Origin: Truepera sp.
GTDB lineage: Bacteria; Deinococcota; Deinococci; Deinococcales; Trueperaceae
NCBI GenBank assembly: GCA_965218435.1
Contig: CBDCKW010000005.1
Span: 544,001-608,000, forward strand
Direction: 5' to 3'
Length of the DNA: 64,000 nt
Below the pieces are notes generated by a model that had not been told where the DNA came from, searched no databases, and saw only the letters and a list, made by a program, of their open reading frames with translations. The first letter of the stretch is position 1; each line of letters begins with the position of its first letter. The translations under genes and the position numbers were made by a program. Positions 9,902-16,895 of this stretch are shown here, piece by piece.

Positions 9902-10894
9902 TTGGCAATGTTTTCATGCACTAAGCTACTACGCGACGATACTTTGTATTTCCCGAGTGCAAAGGCGTACGGTAATGTCGAAATACGGCCTTCACGTCTA
10001 GATCTGCCTGGGGAACGGCTAGCTTTAGAGCGCTCGGCGGAGGCCCACCAGATATCGCTCAATCTGGACCATCTACTCCGGATCACGACGTTTGTAGACG
10101 CGGAAAGGCAATCGGAAATGGTAAATCAAGCAGATCTGAAGTTTGAGGAGACTTTGGACTGCCTCAGCCTTGAACCGATATTTGTAGTGCCACCCGTTTT
10201 GAGTGATGTAGGCTTCACGATGTCATTGGGAACAGGAAGGATCGACATCATTCCTCCCGCCGGGGCGCACCCTCAAGGAATGACGGCGCAGATTATGAGT
10301 GAGCCTTTTCTGCAGGTCGATATGCCACAGATGATCTTGGCGGGAGCTAGACATGAGGCATCCGAAAGATTGCTGAGAGCCGCTCACTGGTACCGGCTTT
10401 CGCGTAACGAACCCAACCGGCTCTTGCGTGTTCTCTTCCGCTGGTTTGCGCTCGAGACCCTCTGCAAGGTGGAAAACGGAAACGACGTTATTCCTCGAAT
10501 CATGTTGTGTATGGGATTTTTCATGGGCAAATCTGGACAGCAGTATCTGAGTAGGGCTGTTTCGTTAGAGAAGCTGGGTGGCTACAAGATGTACAAGAAA
10601 CGCGTCAACAACGATCTAGATGCTGTAAAGCGTCTTCGCAACAGTGCGGTACACGAGGGCGCACGAACGCATGAAGTGGCCCCTGTCGAATTGAAGCGTT
10701 ATGAACACCTTACGTTCTTGGCATTCAACGCTGTGAAAGGGCGCTTTACCGGGGCACTGTATCGCGGGGCAACTCGCCCTGTCGAGGTGTGGGATGCCAT
10801 GCCTCACGCGGTCGGTAACGACCCAACCCTTTTTGGGCAAGTAAGAAACTTGTTGTACTTCCTCGGAAAGGAAAGTACAGGGGTTACGGAATAG
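9902..10894 (+). CDS. HEPN-domain protein (ApeA/MAE_28990-like), putative RNase
   Basis: WFALETL helix followed by R-x4-H motif RNSAVH (10637-10654); abuts the upstream stop codon. Confidence 0.7.
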   Translation: MAMFSCTKLLRDDTLYFPSAKAYGNVEIRPSRLDLPGERLALERSAEAHQISLNLDHLLRITTFVDAERQSEMVNQADLKFEETLDCLSLEPIFVVPPVLSDVGFTMSLGTGRIDIIPPAGAHPQGMTAQIMSEPFLQVDMPQMILAGARHEASERLLRAAHWYRLSRNEPNRLLRVLFRWFALETLCKVENGNDVIPRIMLCMGFFMGKSGQQYLSRAVSLEKLGGYKMYKKRVNNDLDAVKRLRNSAVHEGARTHEVAPVELKRYEHLTFLAFNAVKGRFTGALYRGATRPVEVWDAMPHAVGNDPTLFGQVRNLLYFLGKESTGVTE

Positions 10895-11156
10895 CTCGTT
10901 CCGCTCGTGCTCATATATCCATTGGGAAAAGTTAGCTAGTTCGCTTCAAGGTAGGCAAGCGCGCAGCAGCCCGATGCGCTGATTAGTGTGACCTGCTCAA
11001 TCATGACCTGGCGCTACGCGAACGCTTCATCTCAGTAACAAGGGCCTCGAGTGTGTCTCACGGTAAAGGCTGGACACCCTGCAAAATCTTCACGGGCTCA
11101 CGCTAGGGCAGGTCGACGCCCCGGAAGGCATGGTCGTACCGGATGCCTAAGCGGCG

Positions 11157-11732
11157 GTGGCCCTGTTCGTGCTGGGTGCCTGCGCCCTCGCGCTGCTGGG
11201 TTTCAGCCTGCTCCAGGTTGACCGCCTGTCGGTCGCAGGCTACTACGGTACAGCGCTGGACAGTCCGGTCCAGGTCGGCGACTTTACGCTTACTTCGGCT
11301 GACGGCAAGGCAGCACTCTCGGATTGGCGCGGAAAGTACCTGCTGGTCTTTTTCGGCTTTACCAGATGCCCCGACGTCTGTCCCCTCACACTGGGCCGTC
11401 TGGCGAAGACCTACCGGGAGTTGAGGGAGCCCGAAGACGTTCAGGTCGTTATGGTGAGCTTCGACCCGGAGACGGACACGCCCGCACGGCTAGAGCGGTA
11501 CCTCGAGGGCTTTCATCCCTCGTTCGTCGGTCTGACCGGGTCAACCTCGGACATTGCGAAGGCCGCCCGTACCTTTTTCGTCGGGTACCAGCAGCTTGGT
11601 GACGGCTTCACTCACACGGACACCGTGGCGCTACTCGACCGCGAGGGGCGGATGCGGCTCGTCTACGGGCAAGACAAGGTTGCGCGTATCGGCGAAGACC
11701 TCGAAAAGATACTGGGACGCGGCCGCCTGTAG
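11157..11732 (+). CDS. SCO1/SenC family copper chaperone
   Basis: FFGFTRCPDVCP (CxxxC), SFDPETD, conserved His, N-terminal membrane anchor. Confidence 0.92.
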   Translation: MALFVLGACALALLGFSLLQVDRLSVAGYYGTALDSPVQVGDFTLTSADGKAALSDWRGKYLLVFFGFTRCPDVCPLTLGRLAKTYRELREPEDVQVVMVSFDPETDTPARLERYLEGFHPSFVGLTGSTSDIAKAARTFFVGYQQLGDGFTHTDTVALLDREGRMRLVYGQDKVARIGEDLEKILGRGRL

Positions 11733-11779
11733 GCTGCGAGGGTGACGAGATAAGTGCAGGCGTCAAACGGCTTTTTGCA

Positions 11780-12322
11780 GTGGTAGGCGTTGTAGCGGCG
11801 CTGACGGCGCTGTTCGTCTACGGCATCCTGCGCGACCCGACCCGGCGCGACGACATCCCCTCGGCGCTGCTGGGCAAGCAGACTCCGGCGTTCACGATGC
11901 CGCTGTTTGACCGCTACCGCCCCGAGTTCGGCAGCAAATTCAACGCAGCGGCGGTGCGCGGAAAACCGCTGGTCGTGAACTTCTGGGCGTCGTGGTGCCT
12001 CCCCTGCCGCGAAGAGATGCCTATTCTCGAGGCAAGTTGGAAAGAATACCGGGACAGCGTGCTTTTCGTCGGTGTTAACACCCAGGAGCGACATCGAGGA
12101 AATGCCCAAGCGCTGATGGACGAATTCAATCTCATCTACCCGAACGGTATCGACCAGAATAGCCGGATCAATATCGATTTTGGTCTGTTCGGGCTTCCCG
12201 AAACCTTTTTTATCCGCGCTGACGGAACGCTTCAATATCGCCATTCGGGAGCGGTGACTCAGAAGGTGATAGATGAGCAGATACAGCTGCTGCTAAACGG
12301 CTCCCAACCTATATGGTGGTGA
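11780..12322 (+). CDS. TlpA/CcmG-like thiol-disulfide oxidoreductase
   Basis: VVNFWASWCLPCREEMP, GLPETFFI, N-terminal TM helix. Confidence 0.9.
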   Translation: MVGVVAALTALFVYGILRDPTRRDDIPSALLGKQTPAFTMPLFDRYRPEFGSKFNAAAVRGKPLVVNFWASWCLPCREEMPILEASWKEYRDSVLFVGVNTQERHRGNAQALMDEFNLIYPNGIDQNSRINIDFGLFGLPETFFIRADGTLQYRHSGAVTQKVIDEQIQLLLNGSQPIWW

Positions 12323-12816
12323 CTAACGCGAAATTTATAAAGCTTGAAGGTGAGGCTCGAGTAGATATGTAGACATAATCAATGCCGGTCAAGCCTTCTC
12401 TTTGTCGAGTGCGACCGCGGAACTGTTAGCAATCATCGGCCCCGGCTTCGCGAGTATTCTCGCGGCGCTTTTAAGACTTCGGCAACAGCGTCCTGATCGG
12501 AAAAAGTACTTACGCTGAGCTGTTCCCCCGTATAAGTCGTGCGCTAAGCATGATCTGTTAGCAGCTCCGCCGATACCACCCCAATCAGCAGTAGAAACAC
12601 CGCTAGGAGCGGGAAGCGCACGTAGTCCAGATAGCCCACCAGCACCGCTAGCCCGAACGCCCCGAAGAGTATGGCCAACACAGCACATTCTCGAGGAACC
12701 TTTGTACCAACTTCATAGACAGCTCATGGCTTCTCGGGAATAAGTATCACTGCCAGAACTCGACCACTCCTTTTATACCGTTATAAGCAGAATTGGAGTC
12801 ACATAGTTCTACATCT

Positions 12817-14190
12817 TCACAGGCGCTCGAGCTCCTTGTAAACAAGCTGTCGCTCATCCTCGCCATACTCTGTTAAAAGGCCATTAGTTCTGATGAAAAT
12901 CCCAAGGTCTTGTAGTTCAGTAGGAAACTGATCCGGATAAGTCCGGTAAAGGTAACCGTTACGACTACTGATAAAAGAAGGTCCCGTCCAGTTACTCCGG
13001 TCCAGCACCCTGATTTGCTGTGTGTTCAGCTCGACGCGCATCAATGCCAGAATCTCTTGTTGGGTGTCCTCGTCGAGCTCATCCCAGAACGCTGTAGCTG
13101 CGTCCGCCAGCGCGATACTGTATGAGTCTTGCAGCTCACGAGCTCGCTGTGCTGCATCCTCGCGGGACATAAGCTTAGGCTTTTCGTTTTCGAGGTCCAG
13201 GGTGGCAGCACCGCGCTGAAGCATTCGGGCAATCAATCCGCCAAGATTTCGAATTGGGTTGCGCGTCGTCGCGGAGTCGCGCTCGGCCTTACGCGCAAGT
13301 TTAAGGGTACGCTGTACGACCTCGAACCCGTACTGCTCTACCGCTAGCAGCGGATCTTGGTTGTAACCAGCTTCCCGCAAATCTCGCGCCAGCAAAGCGA
13401 ACTCAGGCGATAGCGTTTCCTCAGACGAAACGAAGGTATTGGCTGCTCCCGAGCGCATTTCTAGACCTGCTTCACAAGAAAGCTCAAAGCGGACCCGGTT
13501 GTAGCTTCGACTTTTACTTTTGAGCCCCACGAATCGTCTGATACGTAGCGGACCGATGACTTCAATCGCTTCCTGAAGGCGCAAAAGAAGCTTCCGCAAA
13601 TCGCGCCACTGTTCATACTTTTCCCAACGCCCATTTGGGTCACGCAGACCCAAAAAGGTTTTAAGTTCACCAATGTCATAGGTAAGAAATTGTTTTTTAC
13701 CCGCATGACTGTCATGCCACAAAACTTCATAAAGCCGCTGTGCGTTAAAGCTGGGTAGCAGCAACAAAGGTTTAAGCGGTACCGTATTGTAACGATCACG
13801 CAACATCAACAAATAAGGCTTCAGTTCGCTGTTGAAGCGCAAGCGGATCGCACTGATGCCTTCAGAATGCCGGCTGGCTGGGATATACTCAGCCAGCGTT
13901 GTCCACTGAAACTTTTTATAGTGCCCCTCTTCACCCATAACGTGAACAACACGCTTGAGTAGGTTGTCAGCTGTGCGTCGCACCTCCTGGTAAGGATTAC
14001 CGCCAAACCACTGTTGGATCTCCACTAATGGCAACTCGCAGGTTAAAAAATCCTCGTCATCCCAGCGAATTCGGCTCATTGCTAAAAACACAAGCCGCTT
14101 CTCATTCATCTCCATGAGCTGCGCGCTTTTGGCAAGAGCGTTCGCCTGCCGGACCGCCGGTGTGCCCATTTTCTCGACCTGTTTACTCAT
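12817..14190 (-). CDS. Rep_3 family plasmid replication initiator (ORF open to 14253)
   Basis: QANALAKS..EKRLVFLAMS..LRFNSELKPYLLML..AQRLYEVL pattern; adjacent iteron array. Confidence 0.85.
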   Translation of the reverse strand: MSKQVEKMGTPAVRQANALAKSAQLMEMNEKRLVFLAMSRIRWDDEDFLTCELPLVEIQQWFGGNPYQEVRRTADNLLKRVVHVMGEEGHYKKFQWTTLAEYIPASRHSEGISAIRLRFNSELKPYLLMLRDRYNTVPLKPLLLLPSFNAQRLYEVLWHDSHAGKKQFLTYDIGELKTFLGLRDPNGRWEKYEQWRDLRKLLLRLQEAIEVIGPLRIRRFVGLKSKSRSYNRVRFELSCEAGLEMRSGAANTFVSSEETLSPEFALLARDLREAGYNQDPLLAVEQYGFEVVQRTLKLARKAERDSATTRNPIRNLGGLIARMLQRGAATLDLENEKPKLMSREDAAQRARELQDSYSIALADAATAFWDELDEDTQQEILALMRVELNTQQIRVLDRSNWTGPSFISSRNGYLYRTYPDQFPTELQDLGIFIRTNGLLTEYGEDERQLVYKELERL

Positions 14191-14336
14191 GAGGTAGCGT
14201 CTCCGTATGTGCAAAACTTTATAACGTGGAAGCGCCCCTGTCAACGTAGCCACATTTGTACTTTTGTGTGGAGTTGAAATATGGTGAAACCACCTTCCGG
14301 ATTTAACTAGCGGCGAGATCGGTCCACCCTAATTAC

Positions 14337-14461
14337 GATGGCTACGACCACAGATGGCGATGTTTGCGACCACATTTTGAGATGTCTTATACCACTCAAG
14401 AAGACGTTTAGACCCACAGCATTCAGTGTTCTCAACCACCTTTACAGATGTTTGTGTCCAC
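14337..14461 (+). repeat. Iteron array: six degenerate GATGTTTNNNNCCAC units in 22-bp phase
   Basis: CCAC cores at 14348, 14370, 14392, 14414, 14436 and 14458, each preceded by a GATGTT-like sequence. Confidence 0.88.
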
Positions 14462-14684
14462 CGAAAAGCCCAAAATTCACGTGTGTGACGGGTGTGATGA
14501 CGACGACAAAAGGTTTTGATGGTCTTCATGTTAAACAACAACAAGATAGAAGAACCCAAAATGCTGGTGACTTTAAGGACACAGAAAAAGCATCTGCGTA
14601 GCCTCGCACCACCAAGCACTACAGTGTTTCGGCCCCACAACCCACGTTTCTAAAGGTAACCCGTGCAAAATTTAGGGCGCAATA

Positions 14685-14856
14685 GATGTTTTTGTCCACA
14701 CTTGAGGCCCAATATGTACACCACAGTGCTTGAAACATCTTTTTTGATGGATCGGTGGAGATGTTCGTCTCCACACTTCGCCCACTCTATAAGGATCGCT
14801 GAGCGGTGGACATAAACATCGTTATTCGAGAATTTCAAAAGGTGGACACAAACATC
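14685..14856. repeat. Dispersed auxiliary iterons, two direct and two inverted
   Basis: GATGTTTTTGTCCAC at 14685, GATGTTCGTCTCCAC at 14760; inverted GTGGACATAAACATC at 14806 and GTGGACACAAACATC at 14842. Confidence 0.82.
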
Positions 14857-15512
14857 TGCTTAAGAAGATTTGACGAGACTCTCTACTTGGAAACGGGGTC
14901 CTCTATAACTAGGTTCTGTACCCCCTCGAGCTGCGCGTCGCTGCTGAGTTACAATGGCCCCCTGCGGTCGCTTGACTCCTAAGCTTTCTGGGTGATGGAG
15001 AGAGCCAACCTGTTGTAAAGGTCAAAACCATGTGTCAAGGTGCGGCGATGTAGGCGAATTGGAACCTGTAACCAGGTACAGTGGAAAAAGTTTGCAACTT
15101 GGCCTAGGTAAAGAACAAGCCTTGGGTTCAATGTATGCCTCTAAAGCATCAACCTAAGGGTAGTGCCGCCGAAGTTATATCTTCTTCTGCTGTCCTCCCG
15201 CGCACCTTGCGCCCGGAGTGTGCGTCTGATAGCGCAGTCGCTATATCTTAAGGTGCACCTTCGCCTCCTACCACACGTAGAGTGGCCTCAGAAGTCTAAG
15301 GGACTCTAAAACTTAACGCTAATAGTATTTACCGCTAAAATATACTTTTATCGATTTGAGAACTTGGCTTCAGCCGGTCGTTTTCCACACTTCCTAGGTT
15401 GTGTCAAATCCGAATCAGCATACTCAGACTTTAGAGAATGCGACACTGATTAAATTTTTACACCAATAATATTTGACGACCACCTTATGAATTATACTGC
15501 TACTATACAAAC

Positions 15513-15782
15513 ATGCCTCAAACATCCGCATTTCTCCACATCAAAGTTGGCGCACACGGTCGTATGGTTTTGCCCTCATCCTTACGAAAGCGTATGAAAC
15601 TCGAAGATGGTGAGGAACTTGTCGTTCGGTTCGAGGGTGAGCAACTCATCCTCGAGCGGCGTGAAACGGTCGAACGGAGACTCAAAGCCCGTTTCGCCCA
15701 CATCCCCGCAAACATAGATCTCGTAGCCGAGCTGCTCGGCGAGCGGCGAGAAGCTGCCAAGCGTGAAGTGGATAACGAATGA
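15513..15782 (+). CDS. vapB: AbrB/MazE/SpoVT-type antitoxin
   Basis: KVGAHGRMVLPSSLRKRMKLEDGEEL; ATGA overlap with the PIN gene. Confidence 0.88.
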   Translation: MPQTSAFLHIKVGAHGRMVLPSSLRKRMKLEDGEELVVRFEGEQLILERRETVERRLKARFAHIPANIDLVAELLGERREAAKREVDNE

Positions 15783-16156
15783 GTACGCATGTTTTGGACG
15801 CCTCAGCGCTCCTCGCGTATCTGCACGGTGAACCCGGTGGCGAGCGTGTGCAGCTTGGGGGAGCGTGTGTGTCGAGCGTGAACTGGTCGGAGGCGGTGCA
15901 GAAGGCGCTAACCTACGGGATCGACGTCGACGGGTTGCGCCACGATGTGGAGGCACTGGGCGTGGAAATTGCGCCGTTCACCGTTGACGAAGCGGAACAA
16001 GCCGCTGCCCTTTGGTCGGTGACCAAGCACGTTGAACTTTCGCTTATGGACCGGGCGTGTCTGGCGATGGGGCTCGTGCGGGGTCTACCTGTCGTCACGG
16101 CGAATAAGCCTTGGGCGGAGACGGAACTTAAGGTCGAAGTTCGGCTTATTCGTTAG
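15779..16156 (+). CDS. vapC: PIN-domain toxin
   Basis: VLDASALLA..EPG..NWSE..LSLMDRACLA..TAN; the last acidic residue appears as Asn. Confidence 0.9.
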   Translation: MSTHVLDASALLAYLHGEPGGERVQLGGACVSSVNWSEAVQKALTYGIDVDGLRHDVEALGVEIAPFTVDEAEQAAALWSVTKHVELSLMDRACLAMGLVRGLPVVTANKPWAETELKVEVRLIR

Positions 16157-16312
16157 GTCTTTGCCGTGTCTTCGGCGCGAGTAGGACTTATTGCTTTACC
16201 ACCAACGGATAGGCGGAACCCGTACATAAGCGTACCGTTCGTTCTATATGGCTGCTTGACGTCCCATCAATGGAAACGCTCGAGCGCCTCCTGGAGTGCC
16301 GCACGGTAAAAG

Positions 16313-16344
16313 ACCCAGGTTCACAATAACCTGTGAACCTGGGT
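16313..16344. terminator. Perfect 13-bp hairpin, likely intrinsic terminator
   Basis: ACCCAGGTTCACA-ATAACC-TGTGAACCTGGGT; short U-tract on the minus strand. Confidence 0.5.
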
Positions 16345-16357
16345 TAATGGGTCCGTC

Positions 16358-16537
16358 GGCTTTGCACAAAAAGTCTACAAAAAGTCATAACGATGCAGTT
16401 TATAGAATTTGCTTGCAGCAGTTAATTTTGAGAAACATGCCAAAAACCCTCTGAGACAACGAAAATTGCTTAAAGCTCACAGCTTGTTTTTTAGAATGAA
16501 AGAGTATTCGTTTGGGAGGTACTTTTTGTGCAAAGCC
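16358..16537. mobile_element. 180-bp MITE with 17-bp TIRs and 9-bp target duplication
   Basis: GGCTTTGCACAAAAAGT (16358-16374) and ACTTTTTGTGCAAAGCC (16521-16537), flanked by GGGTCCGTC at 16349-16357 and 16538-16546. Confidence 0.9.
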
Positions 16538-16620
16538 GGGTCCGTCCTTCAATTACGGCCGCGAGCCAGAGCGCTTGTCCGGCGGGTCCTGCGCCAGAGA
16601 GCGCAAAAAGAAGTTCGTGT

Positions 16621-16842
16621 TGGCAAACGCGGTACGAACGAGAACATCAACGGCTTACTGCGCCAGTACTTCCCCAAAGGCACCGACCTCAGCAAGCATA
16701 GCAGCGACGCCCTCAAAGCCGTTGCTCACACCCTCAATACCCGACCCCGCAAAACCCTGGGTTGGAAGACACCTGCAAAAGCTCTTGACGATCAGCTATC
16801 ATCACTTTAGAAACGTGTTGCGACGACCGGGTTGAATTCGCC
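16621..16842 (+). pseudogene. IS30 family transposase C-terminal remnant with right end
   Basis: [35 protein letters not shown] followed by GTTGCGACGACCGGGTTGAATTCGCC. Confidence 0.85.
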
Positions 16843-16895
16843 CAATATGCCAGCAGCGGGTTTAGAGCTGCACATCTTTATGAATTGTCGTTTGC

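Noticed and set aside
14337..14461. 22-bp periodic repeat as a CRISPR array
   Set aside because: The period is too short, the units are degenerate, and there are no cas genes; the adjacent Rep explains it as iterons.
16409..16810. 133-aa ORF as a real gene
   Set aside because: It is a chimera of MITE sequence, spacer DNA and an IS30 tail.
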